A stretch of DNA of 63,430 nucleotides, counting the filler, from Perkinsus chesapeaki ATCC PRA-425 (Eukaryota; Protista; Perkinsozoa): assembly GCA_013115145.1 (NCBI GenBank). It is 9 parts of 9 records of this genome, joined end to end, with 100 filler letters (N's around TTAATTAATTAA, not from the genome) between each part and the next. Parts side by side here need not be neighbours in the genome. Positions count along the whole stretch, not along the records: positions 1 to 17,993 come from JAAPAO010000674.1; positions 18,094 to 34,944 come from JAAPAO010000696.1; 7 more parts are not named here. One strand, 5' to 3'. The position numbers and the translations under genes are program-made. Position 1 is the first letter of the stretch. Every line of letters begins with the position of its first letter. This document shows positions 15,839 to 27,122 of this stretch, one piece after another. Under the pieces are notes generated by a model, which saw nothing but the letters and a program-made list of their open reading frames with translations, was not told the origin of the DNA and did not search any database.

Positions 15839-17993
15839 CACCGTCCCGATCGAAGCTGGTAGTATAGGCGGCAAGAGTGAGCCAGAAGTTGGTAAGGGCC
15901 CGAGTCGGACCGTCCGACCGTGCCCAGATCTGGGCACGGTCGGCTCGCCCAAAATTTTGCGCGTTTTTTACTACGTGCCTGCGCGCTAAAAGTTGTATCA
16001 ATGAACGAATACAGTGCCGAAACCCGAACACACGTACACCGGCAGCTCACGAAAAAGCACCAGCACTAAAACATTGATGAAAAACGACGAAATATGCCAG
16101 AAAACGGAATATCCTGACTATATTCAGCCATCTAGCTTGCACCAATCTGGGATTGATGAAACCAATCACCACCTGCGGCCGCCCCCTTTCCATGATCAGG
16201 CTAGTGGATACTCGCTCTGCGAAAGACCGAAAGAGGAGTGAAATATCAATCAGACCTCCAATAACCAGTTATACTCTCCAATGTCCCAGTTCCCTCTAGC
16301 CATCCCACCAGAGGTGTCTGCATCTTGTGACGCGCATCACGTCGCAAAGCTATATTGTGTTTGCCGTTTTGGTTACGGTCGGATTCCTCCTACAGCGGGG
16401 AAGGCGAGAACCAGTCCGCCAGGCAAAACTACCTGCGAGCGAGCTCTCGAGTTCTATGACATCGACTTCATAAGCGAGCTGGCTAATTTACGGGTCCCGA
16501 AAGTTCTGTGCCCGTCCTGCCAGGTTCGTCTTAGTGGTTTAGCACCCTCTGGATGTGAACGAATGGAGAGAGCAGAAGCGGTTTTTTGTCCAAGCTCCAG
16601 TGAATACCTCCGATCCACTACGTACTAGATCGAAGGATATATGCTCGGCCGATGATGATCGCTGCCGGGTGTGTACTATTGCTTGTAGCCGGAAGTCCAT
16701 TGCCGTTGAGCGGTCCAAGTCTTCCAAGCCCTCAGTTGGTAGACCGCTGGAACAGTCCCCGCAGAAAGACATTTGCAACAAGTGCGGTCAGCCAAGAGAT
16801 GATCACGACGACGCTTTTTGCAAGCTCGTAATGAAGGGATTGAAGTCTATGAAGGCCGGCGAAGCATTCGCCGAACGGTTGGAAGCCAGAGGGTTCCACG
16901 ATCGCTACGTTCGACGTAAGCTAACAGAGGAGTTTGCCAATGAATCTCAGCCTTCCACTGGATCCGCAGCTACTGTGGTATCAACCGGGGTTCGCCTAGA
17001 CAACCATCACTACTTGGGTTTGTCTCCTGTCTCGTACAGGGCTCCCAAAAAGCCTAAGGTTGTGTTTAGTCAAGAATCAGCACGATATTTACTCAGGCTT
17101 GGTCGTCTAGGGCTCGGAGCTCTGTCAGATCCTCAGGCGAGAGGGCATATCATTCCCGGACGGTGGACTGAGGCAGGCTGTTGACGAGAAGTGGGATGTC
17201 TTTGGTCCGCTGTTTGCTTGCGAGACCCTCGACTTACAAGAGGCGGCCCAGGTAGACCCCGTACCCACCTTATTTGGATGATGCGTGGATGTTGAAGGCC
17301 TGCTGAATGTGGTGACAGCGGGGGAGGCCAACCGCATAACGCGTCTGAAGTTCCAGCTTGATGGCGGGCAGCAGTTCCTCAAGTTGTCTGTGAACATCGC
17401 CACAGTTGAAGAAGGCTCCGTGTATGTTCCGAGTCCTAACTCGGTACTCGAGAATTTCCTTATTGGTATGGGACAAGCTCCTGTGACCTCCAATAACCTC
17501 AAAGAGTTGTTTCGGTATCGGTCAATATCTACACTCTTTGACATGGATATTCCAAAGCAGGTTGCCTGTGACCTGAAGGTAGCTGCTATGATGGTTGGCA
17601 TTAAGATGGCATCTTCCAAGTACCCTTGCCCTTTCTGTTTGTTCACTAAGGGTGCAGTCTGCACTGGAATCCCGCCGAAGCCTAGACGTTGGGAAGATCA
17701 TAAACTGGATTTACAGCTTTCTCGTCACAGCGTCATTTCGAGCCTGTAATCCGCTGGACGGATTCGCCGATGGAAGTATTTTGCATCTCTCCATTGCACT
17801 TGCTCCTAGGGATTACCAACAAGTTGTACGAGGAGGCTAGGCCAGTTTCTGGCACTGAAGAAGGTCCACGCTCTCTTTCGGCACGACATTCTCGGGCCCT
17901 TGTGAAGTACAATATCCGACGATCCGGTTACTTTGAAGGAACCCTTGAAGGTGATTCATGCTCTCGACTGCTGGACAGTGTTTACGAGAGCAA
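15839..17993 (+). mobile_element. Decayed Chapaev-like (CMC-type DDE) DNA transposon, truncated by contig end
   Basis: Cys/His-rich N-terminus (HHVAKLYCVC..PKVLCPSC..TRS..CRVCTIA). Core motifs LDGGQQFLKL, CDLKVAAMMVGIKMASSKYPCPFC, SPLHLLLG, GYFEGTLEGDSCSRLL. Frameshifts near 17110 and 17730 and an in-frame TGA at 17279. The left end at CACCGT (15839) is tentative. Confidence 0.75.
15914..15943. repeat. Perfect 30-bp palindrome in the putative transposon subterminal region
   Basis: CCGACCGTGCCCAGA-TCTGGGCACGGTCGG. Confidence 0.95.
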
Positions 17994-18093
17994 NNNNNNN
18001 NNNNNNNNNNNNNNNNNNNNNNNNNNNNNNNNNNNNNTTAATTAATTAANNNNNNNNNNNNNNNNNNNNNNNNNNNNNNNNNNNNNNNNNNNN
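17994..18093. other. Artificial contig spacer
   Basis: N44-TTAATTAATTAA-N44. Confidence 0.98.
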
Positions 18094-18255
18094 TAATATA
18101 TAAATGTAATGAGGAAGTGGAGGCATAAAAATAATATATAAATGTAATGAGGAAGTGGAGGCATAACAATAATATATAAATGTAATGAGGAAGTGGAGGC
18201 ATGAACATAATATATAAATGTAATGAGGAAGTGGAGGCATGAACATAATATATAG
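18094..18255. repeat. 38-bp tandem repeat, about 4.3 copies, at contig end
   Basis: TAATATATAAATGTAATGAGGAAGTGGAGGCAT(G/A)A(A/C)(A/C)A at 18094, 18132, 18170, 18208, 18246. Confidence 0.93.
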
Positions 18256-18296
18256 AAGTATAATGAGGACTGACTGAACCATTTACAGAATCGAGT

Positions 18297-21200
18297 TCAC
18301 AAGTGGTACTTTATAACAGAGTCAATCAGTGAATCTTCATGGCTGGCGATGATGAAATGTGGGCAGCCTTCATTGAACAATAGAGTTCTCGTCATTCTCT
18401 CAAAGGCAATATCAGTGTCATCAACATTCCTGTTCATCGGCGATGGCCTGGCAACACAGAAGTCAGCACTACACACCTCTTTAGAGCCCGAACAGGGCGC
18501 TGTTAAGAGCTTACCGTCCAGTGGCCGTCGCTCGGCTATGCTCGATGGCATGGTAATCACCCTTGGTGACAACACACCCTAGCCTGAATCCCTATAGGAA
18601 AATCAATCTAAGGAAATGAAGACCAGACTCCTCCCACCTTATTAAGTGATAATTGGAGGTCAGCGTCGACTTTGCCCTCGGATCCTTGCAGGTAGGCCTG
18701 ATAAGTCTTGTACACTGTCGGTCTGAGAGGTACAGCCTACAGCAGTGCTCAGTGCACAAAGAAGGCACAAGAATGTCGACGGGGAGGGAGGGAGAGTTCC
18801 CGCATTCGTATAGATTGCGAGCGTTGTGGGGAAATACCTCATCTATCCTACAGTATCATAGGACCTACACTTTCTTGGATAAATTGTTGTACTTTTTCAT
18901 CATCTCCATTGCTAGGAAGTCGAAAAACGGTTGTATCTGTAGCAGGCACCTCGTCCTGCATTGGAGGCATGCCCTAGAACAATGACGGCAGATACAGGTA
19001 CGTTTGGAACGAACTTGCAGCCTGGGGCATAGAAATACTCAAAGTCCGTAATTTTCTCTACCAAATAGCGTGACTATCTCCTCTATCAAACTTCGGCCTC
19101 AGCAACACCGGAAGATGCCCATGCACCAGACCGACGTCACATGGTTCTAGGAATGTAGCGATAGGGATAGCTCACTGCAGTCCATTCTGCCTCGATTATG
19201 ACCCTAACAGACATGTCGCTGCCACGGTAACAGATTCGGTCAACTCGGTCCGTAAAACGCCTAAGTGATGAATAATCGTCGATGATTATTCCCATTCAAG
19301 TATTTGGGGAAGTGATTACTGTGCATGGGCTAGCTGGTGATCAGTGAGCTGAGTGGTCTGGTTGTTAGTAGCATACTCGAAGTAGTCAGATAAAGATGAA
19401 GGGTAAGCCCCTTCATGCTCCCGTTGGTAAAGTAGGCATATCTCAGACAGTCTTTCCAGCACTGACATTGGCGCTGAAGGAAAGAATAAAAATATATTGA
19501 TCTACTCATTGTTAACTATTGCGAGATTAGCTGCTTCCGATCATCTAGGGCAGCCTATTTATACGAACTATATAGAGCGGCACGTGTCCTGCATTTAATA
19601 CGAGCTTGATAGTACTACTGAAAGGCATCATGATACCAGCATGAAGTCTGACCTCTAATCTCTCATAAAGCAAACTGATGAAACCATAGCTGGACTATAA
19701 GGTAGAGAGTCTCGAGATCTAAGTGGCAGCTTTCTGGAAAGAGGTATACGCCCGTGGTAGGCGTGGCGTGGTGCATATGTTAAGAAATACGAGAGAGCAT
19801 TTCGGAAGTACAGTGAGGCTTAATGTTCTTTAATTCAGACTATACAGATCTCAGTGACACTTGCTACCTGTGCTGTGTCCCTGTGTGTGTGTTCTGTCCC
19901 CATTCCATGATCCTTGTAATCTTACCTAATCCTGATAGCTTAACAGCAGCTAGTCCTTCCTCCCATTTCCCCCATTTCTCTGTCATACTAGCAGCCGTAC
20001 CGGCTAGGTTCACAGTCCCCAAGGTACGCTCTTTTATTATGTTGTATCTACCCATATTGTGCTGTATAATTCGTATCTTGTTCACATACGTGGATATATC
20101 CTTGAGGTCGTATACAGGTGGTTGCGTTAGGTCTGTCGGCTCGCCCTCAGCACAGAGGGCAAAGATACCTGTAATATTCACGAAAAGGTTGTGCAGTTTT
20201 TGAATGGTAGGAAATGGGTATACGACAACACACCATCCCAATTCCATGTCTTCATTTGAACCCGGTCAAGAGTTCAAGCCCGACACCCACTTCCTATGTT
20301 GTATCTTCTAAGTTCGGTCGCAACAGCCATGGGTTCGTACTCGGTAACTCCAGCGCAGTAGTGGCCGAAAAACGATTTCTTCAAAGCCCAATTCACCACA
20401 CTCTGCCCGATAGTGTTGCACCATGTATAGTAACTGGCACGAGCATTTGAACGATTCGGCGCTTTTGCACTAGCCAGCGACACTCACGTGTCTTCGGTAA
20501 GCGTAGAGAGCGACGGAGATAGTCTTAGGACAGCCAAATGTCTCAACAACTGTGCCGTCGACCGGTGACCGAATACCTGCGATCAGAGAATGGAGCGGTA
20601 TGACTTCCTCAAAAGGCTTTACAAGTGCAGCAATGGTGTTAGTTAAAAGAGTTTAGAAATGCTAGCTGCCATCCTGCAGGCGCAAAGTATCAACCAAGCG
20701 AAACTCACCGAGCTCTTCTCCTGTAGACTGCTGCCTGATCTGGGAGATCCGCTGTGACATCTCTGTGATACAACTGTCACACAGTTGGCGATGCGACAGC
20801 AGGCATTCGGCCTCGGTAATTTGGAACAACAGAGGCTCATCTGCATTCCCCTCGGCAGGTATTGCTCAACACGAAAATAGATCAAGATGGACCACGACCC
20901 ATATTCTCAATCAGCACTCTAACAGACTTTTCAACGCCTCAATCTTAGTGGAGTCGCTTCCACCAGGGGAGACCGTGGGGACGGAAGATATCAACGCCTT
21001 CGACAAAGCATGATGCTTCCCGCGTCTTGCCCATCTAAACTATGCAATTAAAGACAACTTCTGCTGCAATTGCTTACCTTGCAGCCAACCCTAGCTGCTC
21101 TGCCAAAAAGGACGTGTGAATTCCGGGGCAAAGCCGGAGGCACTGTAGAAGGAAACGTGCTGACTCGTCCTAACTGGGACGGTGAGGCCTAACAAACATC

Positions 21201-21780
21201 AATCCCAGACTTGCCTCTCCCCAACGAGCCGCCCCAACGATGCAGGTCCAGTTCATGTTATGATCGGTTTCCTGTAAGGCCTTGCGAACTAAAAGCGAAG
21301 GGACGTCTAATCAGGTTGGAGGGGAGTTGTTGTCTTACCTTCTTCAATACCCTCCTTCACTAAAAGCCATTTCAGAATGGTCCTCAGCACCTCCACTTTA
21401 CCACAGCTGGCCGCAGCCATCAGCGGAGTGGTATGGCTATAGCTCTCGGCTGCACAATGAGGATCTGCACCATGTTCGAGGAGGACCTGCACGTAGGATT
21501 GCTGATCGAAAGTGTCCCGTTAACAGAGCGAGCTGACCTGTACTGCGCGATGATGTCCCCATCTTGCCGCCAAAAAGAGAGGTGACTGTCCGAATGCATT
21601 TAAATGGTTTATCTTGAATTGAAGGAAGTCGAGTCGGTGTGAACATGCTCGGTGAGCACTTCCTCATTGTTATTAGAATTGTCACTTAATATCCTCGAAA
21701 TCTGCTCTTCATTACCGATGGTTGCAAGAGACGACAGAAGAGTATCGCCTTTCCAATCGGACCAAGATAACTGCCGATCG
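18297..21780 (-). CDS. Ankyrin-repeat protein with unrecognised C-terminal region (multi-exon, start approximate)
   Basis: Exons KGDTLLSSLATIGNEEQISRIL, INHLNAFGQSPLFLAARWGHHRAVQ and VLLEHGADPH..TTPLMAAASCGKVEVLRTIL; further open exons to the stop at 18297. Confidence 0.6.
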
Positions 21781-21889
21781 AGGACCTACAAGCCACTCAG
21801 TACTAGTTTCCGGCTAGTTTGACTGGCAGCCGTATCCAGGTTCGTCGAAGCTTGTCAACGGTGTAGTTTCCGGACGAATCCGGCGACAA

Positions 21890-21961
21890 AGGGCGCGCCC
21901 GGATTTGAACCGAGGACCTGCTGATCTGCAGTCAGCCGCTCTACCACTGAGCTACACACCC
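21890..21961 (-). tRNA. tRNA-Cys(GCA)
   Basis: Reverse complement GGGTGTGTAGCTCAGTGGTAGAGCGGCTGACTGCAGATCAGCAGGTCCTCGGTTCAAATCCGGGCGCGCCCT. Full cloverleaf, anticodon loop CT-GCA-GA, T discriminator. Confidence 0.97.
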
Positions 21962-22940
21962 TGCCGAGAAAAACCCGACAACAGAAAATGGTTTTTCTTA
22001 TTTTGTAGACCAAGGAAAAAAGCACTCCCAGGATAACTTGTCACTCACTTGCAGATCCCTTCCGTAAACAAGCCAATAAAAGGGATCATCCAGATGCGAG
22101 GCGTTCGAACGGATAGGCTAAGATGCACCAGTCGAGGGCTGAAAACGAGAGTGTAGAGACCCTACATGGTTAGAGCTGTCCTGTGATGTAGAAAATAACA
22201 TCTAATCGACAATTACACCACCAACTGCCTGACTGAACTCAGAACCAATAATGTCTTGATAACACCAGTAGAATGGCACTCTAACTCGAGCTTTATCATA
22301 ATACAGAGCATACACAAACTATTACGCAGTGGACACTGTCAGTGTCCAACTGATGTAGGGTCTGAGCTCCTTACTCGGTAAAACTGATGAGCTGAAGGAT
22401 GCTTTTTGATGGTGATCTCTAGCTATGCGGTACGCAAAGACATGCGGGGATGAACAGAGGTTTCGACGCGAACGACACAGGTCGATGGCCACGCCTTCGG
22501 ACATCACATCGTGTTCTACATGAGGGTAGATACATCGCCCGCGGCCGGGAAGGAAGATGTCCGAAGCAGTGCTTCCTTTACACGGAGAGTGTTCGATGGT
22601 ATTTCACACATAGGAATAATAAGTGTGTACAACCGTTACAGTCTTATCCGTACTCATCAAGTAAGCAGAAGCTATAGAGTATCCTATCTAGAGTGGTTCA
22701 TACAAGTCGCAATGGTAGAGCATAACGCTGGGATTATATAAGATAATATCATAACAGGGCCGAAAAAGGAACCAATGCAACCTGCGTCACAGCGGAACGC
22801 GGACTGCTGAAGTGTCGAATACATCTCAGTCCAAGGTGATATCTATTGGATTATCCAATTCGGATACTAACCAATCAAAGCTCTCGAAAATCAAGAGTCG
22901 AGGTGCACTACTGCACTGAAGACACTTCACCTCCATTCAC

Positions 22941-23069
22941 CACATAGCTCGCTTGTTGAGCATGCGTGCCGATTGGCTACGTCACTTGCGTGTGCCCACC
23001 GATGATTTATCCCCCCCATTGCCGGTCTCGTCGCAGATAAGACTAAGTGGTTCTCTGGTACTCTCTCCT
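22941..23069 (+). promoter_or_regulatory. Conserved upstream block of secreted gene A (reverse CCAAT plus CRE-like motif)
   Basis: About 5 mismatches versus 26994-27122; contains GATTGG (22971) and TACGTCA (22978). Confidence 0.45.
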
Positions 23070-23795
23070 ATGGTAACAGCTATACCCATGGTTATCAAGC
23101 TAGTCTTGGTGGTACTACTACTAGGGGTACATGGCAGACCTATTCCGGCGAAGAGGCTCACCCCAAACTACTTTCATGATATAACACGGCAAAGTGGCTG
23201 CCCACTAGGCCCATATTGTATCCTTACCGCTAATGCTACTCGAGTCGAATCTCCAGCAGTAAGTTCTGTGCTGATTTTTCGAGAGGCTGCGAAACTTTCT
23301 GCTCCGTATTTGCTTTTCTACTTTACCACGTTCTACAACGAGAAAGATGAAATAATATCCACTACTGCCTACGCTGCAGGACAGATCACTCTTCATGAGG
23401 TCTACAAGTCCAAGGTAGGAGGGCTAGACTACAACGTCGCTCTGAGCCTAAATCTCCCCGATCCACCGGGTAAACCGAATGGCACTAACTTTTTCTTCTA
23501 TCCCATGATGTGGTCTGTCTCAGCTTGGAGGGAGTATTCTACTCATATTTTCTTTTACAATGGTACTTGGTTCCAAGACGATTCAAGAGTTGGTCTGATG
23601 CTAGAAGCTAACCCGAGCATACAAGACCATGGTCACAACTTCAGCTACTATGTTGCATGGTACATTGAGACAGGTCCGTGGCCTCCGGATGGAGGAGCCG
23701 ATCATCTATTCTATGCAGCTCTGACTTTCAGAGTAACCATGGATGGTATCGAGCAAGCGAACGTGCATCGAACATTCATCAGTGCTATTTTCTAG
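23070..23795 (+). CDS. Novel secreted beta-rich glycoprotein, paralogue A (intronless; ATG 23070 or 23088)
   Basis: Signal peptide MVIKLVLVVLLLGVHG, aromatic-rich strands, several N-x-S/T sites; homologous to 27123-27878. Confidence 0.8.
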   Translation: MVTAIPMVIKLVLVVLLLGVHGRPIPAKRLTPNYFHDITRQSGCPLGPYCILTANATRVESPAVSSVLIFREAAKLSAPYLLFYFTTFYNEKDEIISTTAYAAGQITLHEVYKSKVGGLDYNVALSLNLPDPPGKPNGTNFFFYPMMWSVSAWREYSTHIFFYNGTWFQDDSRVGLMLEANPSIQDHGHNFSYYVAWYIETGPWPPDGGADHLFYAALTFRVTMDGIEQANVHRTFISAIF

Positions 23796-23886
23796 ACCTA
23801 GGGCTGTTATCCGATGGCACAACTCCTGCCTGGCTGAAGCACACTGGTAAATCTGACGCCCGTGGTGTAGAACCACCTTCATGGTC

Positions 23887-24050
23887 AAACTATCAGACCC
23901 TATTCTCTTCGCTGTAGAACAGCTCCTATTATTCAACTATCAGACCCTGTTCTTTTCGCTGTAGAACAGCCCCTATTATTCAACTATCAGACCCTGTTCT
24001 TTTCGCTGTAGAACAGCCCCTATTATTCAACTATCAGACCCTGTTCTTTC
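23887..24050. repeat. 47-bp tandem repeat, about 3.5 copies, each with an internal hairpin
   Basis: Unit CAACTATCAGACCCTGTTCTTTTCGCTGTAGAACAGCCCCTATTATT at 23887, 23934, 23981, 24028; stem CTGTTCT/AGAACAG. Confidence 0.92.
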
Positions 24051-24719
24051 AGCTATGGGCCAGGTCTTTCAATATTAACCCTGCTATCTTTAGAGTAGTC
24101 TTAATCTTCATTACAATTTCCACAGAATAACAACATCAGTACTGCTCTGTGTCATACTTCATTGTGTTTGTTATACATTATAAGCATTATAACTAAGCGA
24201 GTAACAAGCAGCCGCGAACTTGGGTCAATAAGGCAGAGTTGAACCAGAGTCTCGTTACGAGACCCGTCGAATCTCCCAAATGCGCACACTAATACTAGAA
24301 AAGTAAATGGAATGCGATTTTAGTCTATTGCCTGGAGACACAACTATTATCCAACTTCGAACTAGAGCGCTGGTGAATCTCTATCCATTATTGAACGATG
24401 AACCCTTATTATTTCTGCTGAGGAACAGTACATATTTCCATTGCAATCTGTATGAATATCGATAACAGTGCTGGTCTTGTTATGATGAACTAACTAAACT
24501 ATTAGCCATAGATGATCAACGAACGGGAAGAAGCACCCTAACTGGTACGAAATCGTTCTAAGGGCCACTCTATCTTACTCGCAAACACTGGAACAATATC
24601 AAGCACCTCTCAACAACACTGGCACAATTCACTACTACTACTCCATAGAGAAAGTGATTTATAACTCCGCAACGTGGAGTCCACATTCATGGGTCAGCCT
24701 CAAATAGGCACCTTGCCGC

Positions 24720-25770
24720 TTATTTGCTCGATCCCGTCCGGCTCTCGGTTAGTCTTAGAGGCCATGCCGAACAGTTCTCGAGCTGATGTAATAAACTGAA
24801 ATGACAACTCATATTTCTATGTACCAAGGCAAAGTGGAGTAGCGAAAAGCCGCCTGTCGTGGTCAACACGTCAGTACTCGACCGCATATATCATTACTGG
24901 TGACACAGCGATGGGAATCCAATGAAATAGTCTCATTCTAACATTGCGCACAAGGCTGGCATTACACTCATTAAGATCGACGGACTTTCCTGGTCGCAGA
25001 TAATGCCATGTTTCCCCCGTCCGCATTGTCGCGCGACTTCCGGGAGCTGGTGCACGGACTGCTCACTGCTTCGCCCAATGCATGGATATCCTACGAATTA
25101 GAACCAGCCAGGTTTGAAGTCACTTTACTCTAGTAGTATCGCTCGACTCGACTAGCGATAAGCGCCTCACGATTCTTGCGCGACCCCAGCCAACAGCGTC
25201 TATAAGACATTGTGCAAACGACAGTCTAACATCAGTCTTACCATCTGCGGCACCAGGGCGGGTAGAATAAGATTGACGACTAAGTTGATGGTTTGGGAGG
25301 CACTCATCATTTTAAAAGGTCTGGAAGGACAGGGAAAAAGCAGGTGACTATGTTCATGAAATCCGTTCCTCGACCATCTGGAGGATTAACAACTAGTAGA
25401 GCCCATACTACATAAACTATATACCATCCACAACCTATAATGACAGCCTGGCTCGCAGACTCACAGTTTCCCATTCACAGATGGAGAAAACTAACATGGC
25501 TGTATAACTTCCGGATGCACACAGAAAGGAGGATGGCCGAAGTCTCATGTCCCACCTGATAAAGGGGCAACACAAGGACGTCGATGAAGCCAGTCTGACA
25601 TTTAGGTGTATTTACGTTGGTTCTGATATTGAATGCATCAAGTGTAGTGATGAGGTATAAGGCTGTTCACCTGTCATGCATTGGTGATAGAGGCATGCCC
25701 CTTTCCCTCTCCAAATCATCTTGTCGTGAAAACTCTTCCATCACACGTGGAGCCCAAAGAAGATAACACC
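24720..25770 (-). pseudogene. Partial duplicate of the 3' exons of the VSD-PDE gene
   Basis: Copies of the WAPRVMEEF..., KCQTGFIDV and ECLPN...RPGAA exons, with a +1 insertion near 25764, QGD changed to QDD and a frameshift near 25312. No 5' exons; homology stops near 25940. Confidence 0.8.
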
Positions 25771-27122
25771 TAGTAAGCTTGCGTCCCACACCCAGGCACA
25801 CTCGTTAACTTTGTAGAGAGTCCCAAAGATACTAGTAAGGCTATACTTCTAGGAATAGCCAGTTTACTGGTGTTCCTCAGAAATAGAGTGCCGCTATCTA
25901 TATACTAGCTCCCAGATGAGCGAGAGTCTCAAAAGTGTATCAGCCTGCATTAGGTTGTCCACTAAGGACATTTAGTCAGTCACAACGACTATTGGTTAAC
26001 ACGAAGGTAGATCAAAAGATAGACTTATAACAACGGAGCAGCTTCTTTGACGGAAGGTTGGACAGTACTGAACTGCTTCGCGGCCTAATCTACGCGGACT
26101 GCGGGGATCGTGCATTCTCCCACCCCCCGATGATAATGTGAAATGATGAAGAGTCGCGCGCCGCGGGTCGTGACATGCCATGCGTGACACATGATGTGTC
26201 GCACGCGTCCCTGGCGCGGCGCCTACGGGGCCGTCACCTTGGCCGTTGCAGGCCGGAAATTCAGGTGGTGAGTATCCTAATACTGGCCAGTAGCTCATGG
26301 TCTAGCGTTGAGATTCTGAAGATTTCGATAATCACAGTGTATCCGTAGTTCCTGTCTTGAAATATGCCTAATGCAGGCCGAGGAAGAAACCAATAAACCC
26401 AGGTGACAGTTGCTCCCGGTGGCACGCAGCACACATAAGTGCACAACTAAGGAGTGCCTCCCTTTCCCTTGCAAGGAAGATGCAACAGATTTTCTCTGGT
26501 CATGCCTTTTCTGGTGTGCGAGTATGAGCGGTTACATTAAAGCAATGTTGTTTGCGCTGTTGCACAAATACGCGCTGCGCACAAGTGTCTTTGTTAAAAC
26601 CGTTGAAAGATTCCCGTGCATGATATATAAACCAATTCGACCTAACTAATTGACCTATCTACTTTTTCTACTCTTTAACTTATGGCTCTTGAGTCGACCA
26701 GTGTCCCAGCCAAGGCTCTGAACAAATGTCTTCAAAGTATCATCAATGTGCGCTATTACGTCTTTAGTTGCAGACCGCCCCAGTGGAGCCTACAGACCCT
26801 GTGTCTGTGACGCACTCCGGATGCAGCACCGGTTTTGCTGTATAATAATATCATGACGGTTACTAGTGAGTGATGCCGTCCTCCAGTCATGGAAATGTAG
26901 AATACACTTCAGCCCAAGCAGACGGGTGTATCCAATGCCGACTCTCGAGAATGAAGAGTCGAGGCTCACTACTGAAGATACCCCTCCATTCATCACATAG
27001 CTCGCTTGTTGAGCATGCGTGCCGATTGGCTACGTCACTTGCGTGTGCCCACCGATGATTTATCCCCCCCATTGTCGGTCTCGTCGCAGATAAGACTAAT
27101 TGGTTCTCTGGTACTCATTCCG

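Noticed and set aside
17994-18093. TTAATTAATTAA within N runs, eight times, as a biological motif
   Set aside because: Identical 100-bp construct each time; it is an artificial contig spacer, so no cross-spacer synteny or ORFs were inferred.
22953-23069. ORF-track N-terminal extensions (also 11212, 27006, 43294, 45278)
   Set aside because: They start at TTG/GTG or upstream ATGs that bury the signal peptide; paralogue alignment supports the downstream ATGs.
24990-25130. Plus-strand peptide resembling kinase subdomain XI (SRDFRELVHGLL..SP)
   Set aside because: It is the antisense shadow of a duplicated PDE C-tail exon.
26280-26510. Minus-strand traces resembling a PDE C-terminus (LQG...CHLG/GFIGFF)
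   Set aside because: Needs several frameshifts and lacks the intron of the real gene. The true exons were found at 29418-29631, so this is likely chance.
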